Shown here: positions 12,986 to 23,417 of the stretch, one piece after another
Numbering within the stretch: position 1 is the stretch's first letter
How the letters are laid out: the number at the start of each line of letters is the position of its first letter
DNA from: Folioceros fuciformis
Lineage: Eukaryota
DNA length: 32,676 nt
NCBI GenBank assembly: GCA_049999805.1
Contig: JBNGIO010006316.1
Location: forward strand, 560,983 to 593,658
Direction of reading: 5' to 3'
The notes under the pieces: model-generated
What the model was told of the DNA's origin: nothing
Seen by the model: only the letters and a program-made list of their open reading frames with translations
Database searches by the model: none
Made by a program: the position numbers and the translations under genes

Positions 12986-14199
12986 CGCTCACACTCCGTA
13001 TGTACTATCTTCAGTACTTTCTTATGCGTCGGCTGAATGATTTGGAGAATGTTTTCACAATTTTCTCAAATTTTGTGCTAAATCTTACCATGCCTAGAGT
13101 TTTGCATCTTGGTTTCTTCACAGCCAGCCTACTTTCACAATAGCAATTTTTGCAAGTTCTAAAATTAATGCCATAAACCTCTAAGTTTAGAGGGTCATGT
13201 GACCAAGCTTGTTCAACCTCGCATGTGGAGATGCGAGGAGCTTCTGTAGAGCTTCTGCCTTCAAGTCACTATGACACCAAACATAATCGAGGGGTCGTTC
13301 ACTATTTGTGTTACCTGGATTATCTTTGCTAACTTTGACCTGCAATGTACAGACAATCATCGGCGATGTCTTGAAATACAAGAGACGTTAAATGGCTAAC
13401 AAAAGTGATAGCTCAGATGAAAACTTACCAAGTACGGTGTCCTGTTCTCATGACGAGTTTGCATTCAAAAGCATACTTGTATTTCATAATGTAAATGATG
13501 GTGAGAAATATTGTAATCCAGTGTTAGTTAGCATAACATTTTACTAATTGAATCTTATGAAAGAGAGTGGACAAGCTCTTTGTTGACATTTTCCATCCTG
13601 ATGCCAGCAGCGCCACTAGAACATAACGCAGTGAAAGAAGGATTCTAGTTAGATCACAACAGGTCTGAGAGGATAAAGTATGATCACATTAGGTCTAAGA
13701 GGGTAAAGTATGTGTTCTGCTCATCATAGCATCCCCTGCTCCGTTGCGTTCTTTCAAGTCAATTGCTCTGCTCCCTACATGTGCTCATGTGAAGCAATTC
13801 TCACTATCTGGATTGACTATTCGCCTATCTAAGTTTCTACTTAACTGTGGCTTAGGCAGGATGTCCAGCCAGCCAGCCAGCCATGTGACAGTGATTCATT
13901 AGCTAATAATATTAAAGGCATCCAGAGTGCACGGTCCGATTGTCTCATTCGTGGAGTCCGTTGGGATAGAAACCACACCAGTTGATGGCCTACCAGAGTT
14001 AGTTAGTATACAATCCTCGAAGTTCCGAAGGTATTCCGGATCAACAACAATCCTTATTGGCTGGACAAGGACGACAAAGGCCTGAGGTCTGGCGCCATGC
14101 AGAGCTCAAGGGATTAGGTGTCCTTGTCGATGGCCGTGGACGGAATTAGGTGAGCAAAGCGAACCATCCTTGAAGCTTGCTTCTTCGAAAACAGAGCAA

Positions 14200-15320
14200 T
14201 GGACACAGCATGAAATGCAAAGCTTTGCTTGGAGGCTATGCCCTTCAAGACCAGGGGGAGGACGCTGTCCGACTCTTCACCCGAATGCAAGAGACTCGTG
14301 TCAGGCCAAATGATAGAACTTTTGCCAGTGTGTTCAAGGCATGTGGCAGCATGGTTGCCATGGAAAAAGCAACCTGGAGTGATGGGCAGTCATTCAAAGA
14401 AGCCTCGCTTGAGAAGGCTAATGTGTTACAAGAGGAAGCTGAGAATGCCTTGCAGCTTTACAATGACATGCAAGACGACGGAGTGACACCAGACGAAACC
14501 ACGTTCTTGTGCCTCCTAGAAGCCTGTAGCAAGTTGGCAGCTCTCAGTATGTGCAACAACATTGTGGGATCTGGATATGTGTGGAGTGTTACTGTCGCAA
14601 GTGCCATGGTACATGCATACGGCAGATGTGGGAGCATGGTGGAGGCTCCAAAAATCTTTGACTCGTACCCGCACCATAACGTTTTCACCTGTACTGCACT
14701 GATTGCCGGATACGCCCATTGGGGAGACACTGAGTTGAGCCTACAAGCCTTCCAGGAGATGCAGCGGATGGGCATGCGGCCAAACTCCGTTACATTTGTT
14801 CCCATTCTGTCTGCGTGTAGTCACACACGCATGTTGGCCCAAGGCATGGTGTACTTTGAATACATGAGTCGGGACTACGGTCTGATACCCACGACAGAAC
14901 ACTATGTCAGCATACAGCATAGTCCACCTCTCGGGCGTGCAGGCCTATTCGACGAGGCAGATTTCAACTATGCCCACGCAGCCTGGGTTGGCAGTGTGGT
15001 TGTCATTGCTTGGGGGCTGCACGAAGTATGGCAACGTGGAGTGTGGAAGACGTGCCTTCAAACAGGCAGTCGGTGTAGACCCCAAACACTGCGCTGCCTA
15101 CACCCTCATGCAGAACATCTATGCGCATGCCCGAATGTGGGATGAAGCAGAGGAGACAGAGGCCATGAGACTGCGTGCAGGCGCTTGGAAGAAGCCTGGT
15201 CGGAGTTGGATTGAGCATCAGAGCAAGGTGTACACGTTCTTATTGAGGCTGGACAATCAGCCCAACACCCAACCTGTTTCTGCAAAGCTATCAGAATTGA
15301 ACAATCAAATTGGACGTGAG
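14200..15320 (+). pseudogene. PLS-class PPR gene fragment with E motifs and PG box; frameshifted, no DYW domain visible
   Basis: PPR motifs AMVHAYGRCGS, TALIAGYAHWG and VTFVPILSACSH. A frameshift near 14910-14960 separates ORFs 14177 and 14904. The fragment ends WKKPGRSWIEHQSKVYTF. Confidence 0.85.
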
Positions 15321-15504
15321 GATCCCAGTTTGATTCACCTTTTCGTGACTACTGTGGAATCTCTTGTGTGGATTTCACGGCAACCTTCCAAAGGTTTTGG
15401 CCCTAACAGGGTCCACGGCTTCCACAACCTGAGTGAGTCCCTTGTATGGGTCTTGCTTGCAGTCGGGATGAGTGTGATCTTGAATTTCTGTTCGTACTCA
15501 CAGC

Positions 15505-16500
15505 TCAATTGTGGTCTCCACACGAACATACGCCACCACCCTTGAAGTGACGAACTCTGTGGGCGTCTCTAATTATGATCTCCCTATTCTCAATCTTGGC
15601 GATGATCTTCGTGCCTCTGTGGCAATGGTCACACATCCGCAGATTTTTCGTTACCAGCAAGGTGGAGCCTTCGGGCGTGTTGAGGAGACCATAAGCTAAT
15701 GCAAGCTTCTCGGCGTGTCCACCAAGAGCATCATCCTTGTTCGGATCTGGGTCCAACATCATGCCTGCATCATGCTCCATTCATAAGATTTAAGCTCCTT
15801 AGCTTTGCGCGAGTGTCCTCTGTCATGTCCCACGCAATGAATTCATGCATCTTGTGGTCCACTTGGATCGAGGCCTTTGCAGGCTTCTTACGAGCTCCTG
15901 CATTCTGTCGCATGCATGTTCTCTACTTTATCTGCGTCCTGCCACTGTCCGTCCTTGGCATATATATTGGACATGAGCACATAGACACCAGCCTGATTGG
16001 GTTCCAGTTTGACCACGCGATCAAAACATATCCTTCCTAGTTCTGCGTGACCATGCTGTCTACAGGCAGTCACCAGAGACATCCAACCCACAGTAGGATT
16101 TTCATAAGGCATTGTTCGAAGAAGTTCTGCCTCGTCCAGTTGTCCTGACCTTCCAAGAATATCAACCATGCTATTGTAGTGCTCAACTCTTGGTAAAATG
16201 CCATACTCCTCCTCCATCGTTCGAAAATAGTGACTGCCCATGCTCACCAGGCCCACATGGCTGCATGCAGCAAGGAGGCAAGAAGACGTAGCTCGCGGCA
16301 TCTGGGTCCACCCCCTGTTGCAGCATGTCCTCGAAACACTGCACATCCATTTCCCAGTCATTGGGCTGGCCATATGCATCAATGAGGGCAGTCCATGTCA
16401 CAGTGTCCCTGGTGGACAGTCTGCTAAACAGTGTCTGACAGTCATCCATGCTCCCACATTTTGCATACATATCCACAAGTGCATTTCCCATCACAGGCAA
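15505..16500 (-). pseudogene. PLS-class PPR-DYW:KP editing-factor pseudogene (several frameshifts, 5' truncated)
   Basis: Fragments NALVDMYAKCGS, LAACSHVGLV, HYNSMVDILGRSG, then KKPAKASIQVDHKMHEF (15860-15889 and onward), GHAEKLALAYG, KNLRMCDHCH and DAHRVRHFKGGGVCSCGD. These lie in at least three different frames. Confidence 0.9.
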
Positions 16501-16725
16501 CAGGCATGATGCAGTATGTGTATCCGAGGTACAGTGTAATGGTCGATTTGAAGGAACCCAAAAGGCCATTCTCATTCAATGCGCTTGGTCCAGACTGACC
16601 GCGTTTTTCTCCTGATGAGGCCAAAGGAAGAGATGACGACGAATGGGCTAGGAACCTAGCTGATCTGAGCTTAGGTGCTGGGTCCTACCGTCCACAAACC
16701 TACCTTCCAAGTAAAGGAAGGCATC
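16500..16725 (+). repeat. Dispersed repeat, copy 1 (related copies ~18585-18767, ~21617-21650, ~22522-22690, ~29393-29750)
   Basis: Shared blocks include caggcatgat...cgaggtac, ttgaag(g/c)aaccc, gatgac(g/a)a(c/t)gaatgggct(a/g)g, ctgggtcctac and ccttcca(a/t)gt(a/g)aaggaaggcatc. Confidence 0.85.
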
Positions 16726-17417
16726 AGCCGCAAGCAGAAGTGTAGCAAGAGTCATGTCGTGTTGACACAAGTAGGGGGCAGAGAATTCGAAAGAGAGTAA
16801 ATGTAAAAATCTTCAATGTATCAAAATATGGAAGTTTATATATATATATATACATAATACTCAAAGGTGTTTTTGCTTGATATAGATTTTGCATATGGTT
16901 AACATCGATGATCAGCACAAATTTGTGAATGCAGTACATCTAAATACTATGAGAGCTATAATATCTACTTGCTTTCACTGACAAACATCTTAACCTTGAC
17001 TACCCCATGTATGTCATGTTAGGCTGATTAGGGCCATAGCCATTGCCAAGTACTTAGTGGTGGTAGACCCACCCGCATGTTCCATCGGGCATAGGTATAG
17101 ATAGGGCAAGGATGATGTTAAAGGTTGGATGCGATATCCTGCTTAGCCCAAACCATCACTTCAATAGAAATAGATTCTAAAAATGAATAGGACATATTAC
17201 CACGGTAGAATGTCACTATCATTCCCTCTCCATATAGTTTCCTTACAGCAAGACTTGTGTAGAATAGAAAAACAGCAACAACGCCTATTGGGTGAAGAAG
17301 GCACACAACGCAGGTCAACAACCACGAAAATGGACATAGACATTCCGCTGACATAATCCACATCCTTGCACACCCGATAAGCTTGCTTAGTGCAGGGCAG
17401 GAACACACCTATCCCAT

Positions 17418-17780
17418 AAGAAATGATTCAGGAGGAGCAAGAGAGAAGGGGAGGTGAGAAGAGAAAGAAACACAACCATCCCAGAAGAAATGATTCAGGA
17501 GGAGCAAGAGAAAAGGGGAGGTGAGAAGAGAAAGAAAACAAATGCGCCATCCTGATGCCAACGAGATGCATCAACACAATGGATTTCAAGCAGAAAAAAG
17601 GTTTGTGGACCAAACGCTCACAATGTTACAACCTAGACAATGAATTCCAAGTAGATGGAGGACACCACATATTTAGAGGCCCATGGCCAGTTTGAAGAGT
17701 GAAGGCCATATGAATTCCAAGTAGGTGGAGGACGCCACATGTTTAGAGGCCCATGCCCAGTTTGAAGAGTGAAGGCCATA
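17418..17780. repeat. Two small tandem duplications (~67-bp unit x2 at 17418-17540; 70-bp unit x2 at 17641-17780)
   Basis: aaatgattcaggaggagcaagag starts at 17421 and 17488. tgaattccaagtag starts at 17641 and 17711. Confidence 0.85.
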
Positions 17781-17930
17781 GTCCAACCCCAAGAGGTATG
17801 GATCTGCAGATGGCACTGTAAAGAGCGTGACATAAACAATGCGGTTGAGAAGAGGAAATTTTGCACATCTACCAAGAATCACCATGGCTCTCATACCAAA
17901 TTTAATTTGTGTTTCGAAGTACCACATGTA

Positions 17931-18474
17931 CCTTAGATCCACATTCTCACATCCTTTAAGGCCAAGAATGGCATCATTCCTCTCCTCTGCCTTTCTTTCC
18001 TCTCCTCTAGTCCCCACAGTTTTGAGATCCACATTCTCACATCCTTTGAGGCCAAGAATGGCATCATTCTTCTCCTCTGCCTTTCTTTCCTCTCCTCCAG
18101 TCCCCACAGTTTTGAGATCCACATTCTCACATCCTTTGAGACCAAGAATGGCATCATTCCTCTCCTCTGCCTTTCTTTCCTCTCCTCTAGTCCCCACAGT
18201 TTTGAGATCCACATTCTCACATCCTTTGAGGCCAAGAATGGCATCATTCTTCTCCTCTGCCTTTCTTTTCTCTCCTCCAGTCCCCACAGTTTTGAGATCC
18301 ACATTCTCACATCCTTTGAGACCAAGAATGGCATCATTCCTCTCCTCCGCCTTTCTTTCCTTTGAGGCCAAGAATGACATCATTCCTCTCCTCCGCCTTC
18401 TTTCCTTTGAGGCCAAGAATGGATCATTCCTCTCCTTCGCCTTTCTTTCCTCTCCTCTAGTCCCCACAGTTTTG
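17931..18474. repeat. Minisatellite, 90-bp unit, ~5 near-identical copies plus rearranged partial copies
   Basis: tttgagatccacattctcacatccttt recurs at 18021, 18111, 18201 and 18291, with a variant at 17931. There are no unique spacers. Confidence 0.97.
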
Positions 18475-18584
18475 CGTACATGCCCACCAGGTAGGTGGCA
18501 GAGTCATTGAGGCAACATGTGTACCATAGATGAGCTAACCTGAGTAAAAATGGGAGGCCGACCTCTCTATGAACTCGAAGTTTA

Positions 18585-18767
18585 GAACAGCATATAGACT
18601 ATTTCTCATTCCAATACGCAGTCTGACTATTCGCCCTTTGGCAGGCATCATATATATTTTCGAGTTATGTAGATGCAATGTGGGATTGAAGCAACCCGGA
18701 AGGACAGTCCCATTCAGAGGAAAAAAGTCCAAAGGACGGGATGACAATGAATGGGCTAGGAGCCTAG
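18585..18767 (+). repeat. Dispersed repeat, copy 2, abutting the 5' breakpoint of a PPR fragment
   Basis: catatagactatttctcattccaatacgcagtctgact...tttggcaggcatcat...gatgacaatgaatgggctaggagcctag aligns with 29400-29573. Confidence 0.85.
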
Positions 18768-18776
18768 TCAGGGAGC

Positions 18777-19440
18777 ATGGCTGAGGCACACGTCGTCTTT
18801 GACGCGATGCCTGAAAGAGATGTTATCACGTGGAATGCGCTGATTGCAGGATACAGCCGGCCGGGGGACAGTGCAGAGGTCTTCGATTTGGTCGACAGAA
18901 TGAGAGTCGATGGCATACAACCAGATGGCATCACCTTTCTTAGTCTACTCACGGTATGCAGTCATACGGGTCTGGTGCGCAAGAGTCGCGAATATTTTGA
19001 CGGCATGAGCAGTGACTATGGCGTCGACCCAACTGTGGAGCACTACACATGCATGGTGGATGTCCTGGGCCGTGCAGGCCTACTGGACGAGGCCCTAGCT
19101 TTGGTAAAGGCAATGCCTGTACTCCCCGATGCTGCAGTTTGGCACTCTCCACTAGGTGCTTGTCAAAAGTGGCGGGACCTGGAGGTGGGACGTCATGCCT
19201 TGGACCAAGTACTGAAGCTGGACATGAAGGATGATGCAGCGTATGTGCTTATGTCGAACATATTCACCGGTACCGAGATGTGGGGGCAGGCGCAGGATAT
19301 GCAGGCAAGGAGAATAGGTGTCAGGGCCTGGAAGCAACCGGCCAGAGCTGGTGGACGGACCTGGATGGGCTGGTGCATAGTTTTCTGGTTGGGTTTGAAA
19401 GCATCCCCAAATTCGAGCCTGGCCGGTAGAGTGGCTCTCC
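18777..19440 (+). pseudogene. 5'-truncated PLS-class PPR fragment with E motifs and WW-type box
   Basis: Motifs RDVITWNALIAGY, ITFLSLLTVCSHTG and EHYTCMVDVLGRAG. After a 1-nt deletion at ~19341 the shifted frame reads WKQP(G)QSWWTDLDGLVHSFLVG. Confidence 0.85.
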
Positions 19441-20626
19441 AATAGCGTAGCCATGTCTGGTTAACAACGTTCGGGTACTTTGCTGTATTTCCTCAAATGG
19501 CACTCTCTATCCCCTGCATAGTTCCATGGGAGTCCTCCCATGAAGAGCTGCAAGCACATGATCATGAGAGGTCGCGTTTGAGGGCCAGGAGGTGGGATTT
19601 TCCGGCATCCTTAGTTTTCATTGTATGAAGCAGGCGCAGATAAAGCTGAAAGCGGAGAAGTCGGAGATCATGTTCCATCGAAGGCCAGGTTTCAGCCTGC
19701 AAGATGTATGGCGCCATTCCTGACCCAACCTTAAACCCTTGCAGGGTTGCCTCATGTGTGTATTGCGCTTCAGCACCCTCCAGGTATTCTATGATGGATC
19801 TTCATTGTCATCCTTGGAGGCAACCTTTTCTGTCAAATCTGATCGGTTGCTTGCTCAATCGCAGGAATGCCAATTTGGCCTTTTCGCCAGACCCCCGCGA
19901 TCCTGCTAACCAGCAGCAACGCAGCATGAAGTGCGCAATTTGACGCGTGTGTGCCTGTGCGGAATGTAGGGAGGCGTGACAAGTTGGGGACAGTAGTAGG
20001 AAGCATGCTTTCTCTGCTTTTGTACTGTTTCTGAACTTGAACTGAAGTGCGGCCTGGAATGTGTACCGGGCCAACAAGTGGATGTGCAGCAACAATGCGA
20101 CTGGTAAGGACATAAGTAGTGAGCGGAGCCTGGTTTCCTGGATGCGGGCAGGAAGTCGACTTTGTAATCAGCGTGAGCGGGAGATGGTCCAGCGGCTGTT
20201 CTTGTTTCCATGTCTGCAGAAAGAGGGTCACCATGCATGCGGGTGATATGCTTTGCATTCCCTTCCGTGAAACAACAGTGTATGGCCACCCGTTGTAAAT
20301 TACCCAAAAGAAACTAGCATGCGTCGCCCACAAACTCGGTTGAATTGAACTCAACGAGATTGGATGAAAACGTCGCCCCGCCCGTTTACTCAACCAGTGC
20401 GTTCCTACAGATGCATAGGTTGCCTATCCCACCTACAAGGCTGACATCAGATTCCCAGAATTAACTGGTGAACCAAGACTGCATGGGTTTTAGCTCCGAG
20501 AATCAATTTGAGTCACGTAGTTACTCCAGGTGTAGATTCTTCCATTTGATGCTCTGCGTTATCTGCCCGTCGTATAGCGTAGCCACGGATCAATGTCTCT
20601 CGCAATCGTAAGCGTAACGCGGGCCC

Positions 20627-21617
20627 ATGGCATTGCGGAAATCAGCAGGCACTTTTGGAAGGGCTCCTTCTCAATTGACTTCAAGGAGGCGAGCTTTGCC
20701 AAGCGAGCCAGCCGAAAGATGGGGGCCTTCAGTTGGACAGGCAGCTCATCCAACAGGATGGGTGGATAAAGGCGGAGCTGCCAGCCAGGTTCGTCAGCAG
20801 GAGCTATTGTGGGGACAGTTCTTTCGGGACCCAACACTGTGGTGGGATAGCAGGCATGCCAAGAAAAGTAATCGTTTGCCTGACTTCCAGCACAGAGAAT
20901 CCCATGAGGGGATCTGGCTGCACCACCTCTACAAGCCAGCCTGAGTGAAGTCGAAGCTTGCTGCTTGGGATGTGGATATGGGTCGTGAGGTCTCTAAGCC
21001 CAAACCTAGCTTGCCCGACGGTCGGGACAATCTCAGGCCTGCAGGATTGTGATGGCTGAAACTGTGAGCAAGCTATGTCATGAGGGCCTGCTCACTGAGG
21101 CTGCTGAGGCTCTGGAAGTTCTGGCGCAGACACACTCCTGTGTACCCAAGTCTCAGTTTTATACTGTACTTAAGCAATGTGTGTTGAAGAAGAATCTTGT
21201 TCTGGGTCGTCGGTCGGGTGCATGGTTTGACGATGGACAAGGGGTATCAGTCGGACACGTTCCTGAGCAATCACATTCTGCGAATGTATGCTTAGTTTGG
21301 CAGGTTGCAAGACGCGATAGATGTGTTCACCATGGTTGCTGAACCAGATGCCTTCATCTGGTCTTCCATAATCTCTGCACATGTTAGACATGGACAAGAC
21401 AAAAGCAAAGCAGGCCGTGCAGCTATATCCACGGATGCGCAGGTCCAGTGTGAAGCCAGATGGTCATCTGTTCGTGGCATCACTTCAGGCCTGTGCAAGG
21501 GGAAGGGACCTGAGAGCTGGGCAGCAGGTGCATGCTGATATCTTGGCCAGTGGGCTTGAGCCTGATTTGTTTGTTTGTAATTGCTTGGTGGACATGTATG
21601 CAAAGTGTGGCAACTTG
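20627..21617 (+). pseudogene. N-terminal part of a PLS-PPR gene carrying an OSB-type PDF motif; disrupted by stops and frameshifts
   Basis: An Arg/Ser-rich N-terminus precedes ELLWGQFFRDPTLWWDSRHAKKSNRLPDFQHRESHEGIWL (20801-20920), then PA*VKSKL with TGA at 20942. PPR motifs follow: FYTVLKQC, DAFIWSSIISAH, FVASLQAC and CNCLVDMYAKCGNL. Confidence 0.8.
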
Positions 21618-21668
21618 GTACAGTATAATGGCCGACTTGAAGGAACCCAACCCAACCCAACCCAACGC

Positions 21669-22165
21669 AATGCTTGTCGAGGCGCTGGGCGTCTTGTCAA
21701 AAGCATGAAAGCGCAGGAGTCAAGCACTGCCAACCCTACAGCAAAGCCAAGGTGCCAGCAGTGCTTGACTTTCACCTTGGCTTAACTTTACAGCAAAGCC
21801 AAGGTGTCAGAGTTTGAGGGAAGCCAAGCACAGGGGTCGGGCCCCGCCGACCTTGCCACTACCAGCAAAGCCGAGGGGTCAGACGTTCAGGAAAGCCAAG
21901 TTGTCAGAAACAGAGTGCGACTTTTGTCTTCTGTGAAAGACTGCCTCACAGTTTTCTCCACCAGTCCTGGAGATGCATCTTTGAGAGATGTCGAGGAAGG
22001 CACAAACCTCATCATAGCTTTGATGGACGCCATCATGGAGGGCTCTGAAACAGAAGATGTCTTGAGCATTCTGACAAGCTTCATTGGCATGGCGACGGAC
22101 GTGGAGGTCCAAGACAAAACCAAAGACGGGGACTATGAGAAGAAATATCAGTGTCCTGAGTTGCG
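21669..22165 (+). pseudogene. Caspase-domain fragment (catalytic-Cys motif, linker and p10 subunit), paralog of 26865-27623
   Basis: NACRGAGRLVKSMKAQ, then after a frame break PADLATTSKAEGS...KDCLTVFSTSPGDASLRDVEEGTNLI...TEDVLSILT...QCP. DNA similarity to 27249-27585 is obvious. Confidence 0.88.
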
Positions 22166-22395
22166 CGCAGCACACTTACCAAAACACTATACTGCTCTCG
22201 ACCACCCCCGACTCCTGTCATGCCTGGCTATAGTGAGTAGCATGTGGCCAGGGCCTGCAATGCCGTCAATCGAGAGTCAGGTATGCTCTTGAGCTACATG
22301 TTGTTGGTCTATTAAATACTGCCTCTGATAAGTCTTGTCACTTCTCCTTTGCCTGGCATTCTTTCCTGTTTGGCCAGAGAGACCTCTCACAGCAT

Positions 22396-22405
22396 NNNNN
22401 NNNNN
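22396..22405. other. Assembly gap (10 N) with a ~47-bp duplicated flank
   Basis: ttgcctggcattctttcctgtttggccagagagacctctcacagcat occurs immediately on both sides of the Ns. Confidence 0.95.
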
Positions 22406-22521
22406 TTGCCTGGCATTCTTTCCTGTTTGGCCAGAGAGACCTCTCACAGCATCCTGATGGGGATGAACAGAAGCCCCATGGACGCTATGCGTAGGGAAGG
22501 AAGAACTTGCGCGCATGTGCA

Positions 22522-22690
22522 CTAGGAACCTTGCTGAGCTGAGCTCAGGTGCTGGGTCCTACCACAAGCGTGCTGTACCTGCCTTCCATGTAAAGGAAGG
22601 CATCTTTGGTGCATGTCGTGTTGTAACAAGCAGGGGTAGGGGCGAGAGAATTGGAAGGAGGGTTGGAAGCAGCAGCTGAGAAAAGTTTAG
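22522..22690 (+). repeat. Dispersed repeat copy upstream of the ROCO-caspase gene
   Basis: ctaggaaccttgctgagctgagctcaggtgctgggtcctac...ccttccatgtaaaggaaggcatc...ggaagcagcagct matches the 16648-16725 and 29570-29740 regions. Confidence 0.85.
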
Positions 22691-22949
22691 CCTTTGGTGT
22701 CGTGTCTTGCCCACGATGCTGGCCGGCCCAGTGAGTTACAACACCAAGGTAGGTGTGCTTTGATAAAATACTGTGCGCGCACAAGTATGTATGGAGGAGG
22801 AATATCCTCTGGTCACAGGCACACAGAGAGAGAGCGTGGGAAGGGGAAAAGCCAAGCACAAGCACGTTCACGCGTTGATGAGTGGAGGGAGAGTGAGTGA
22901 GACCTGGCAGCTATATTGCCGGCTACCACACAATCCTCTCGTCTCGGAC

Positions 22950-23345
22950 ATTCAAGAGACCTTGTATGGTGTCCCTATCCTTACCCAGTGTGTGTGCTGT
23001 GAGGTTGTCGTCCCCTAGCCTATCCGTGTCTGGTGTTCCAACGGGATCTTCCTCAAGTGTGTATGATGTGAGGTTGTCGTCCCCTAACCCATCCGTGTCT
23101 GGTGTTCCAATCGGGATCTTCCTCAAGTGTATGTCCTGTGAGATTGATGTCACCGTCCCCTAGCCTATCCTTGTGTGGCCTGCCAATCCTCCTCGAGTGT
23201 GTTGTTGGGAGGTTGCTGGTTGCTGGCCTATCCTTGTCTGGTGTCTCAACCCTCCGCTCGTGTGTGCTTGTGAGTTGCCTGTCCCGTAGCCTGTCCTTGT
23301 CTGGTGTCGCAATCCTTGAGTATGTGCTATGAGGTTGCTGCCCCT
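22950..23345. repeat. Degenerate ~60-70-bp tandem array (~6 copies) immediately upstream of the ROCO-caspase TATA box
   Basis: gtgaggttgtcgtcccctagcctatccgtgtctggtgttcca at 22999 has a near-identical copy at 23068 (period 69). Diverged copies start at ~23138, ~23208, ~23269 and ~23329. Confidence 0.8.
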
Positions 23346-23347
23346 GC

Positions 23348-23354
23348 TATAAAA
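23348..23354 (+). promoter_or_regulatory. Candidate TATA box (CTATAAA) ~70 bp upstream of ATG 23418
   Basis: gctataaaac is followed ~25-30 bp later by a CA/pyrimidine-rich initiator-like tract. Position and motif only. Confidence 0.5.
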
Positions 23355-23417
23355 CGGATGATACATACAATCCATTCATCATATTTGCTTGCATTGGGAG
23401 GCGCAGCTTAGCACAGC

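Noticed and set aside
17931-18474. CRISPR-like array or repeat-protein genes (ORFs 17673-18467, 17839-18510, 17933-18337)
   Set aside because: Units are contiguous with no unique spacers and the context is eukaryotic. The ORFs follow from a stop-free 90-bp period and have no recognisable domain.
22349-22452. 47-bp direct repeat as a target-site duplication or LTR
   Set aside because: The copies flank a run of Ns exactly, which is typical of an unmerged contig overlap.
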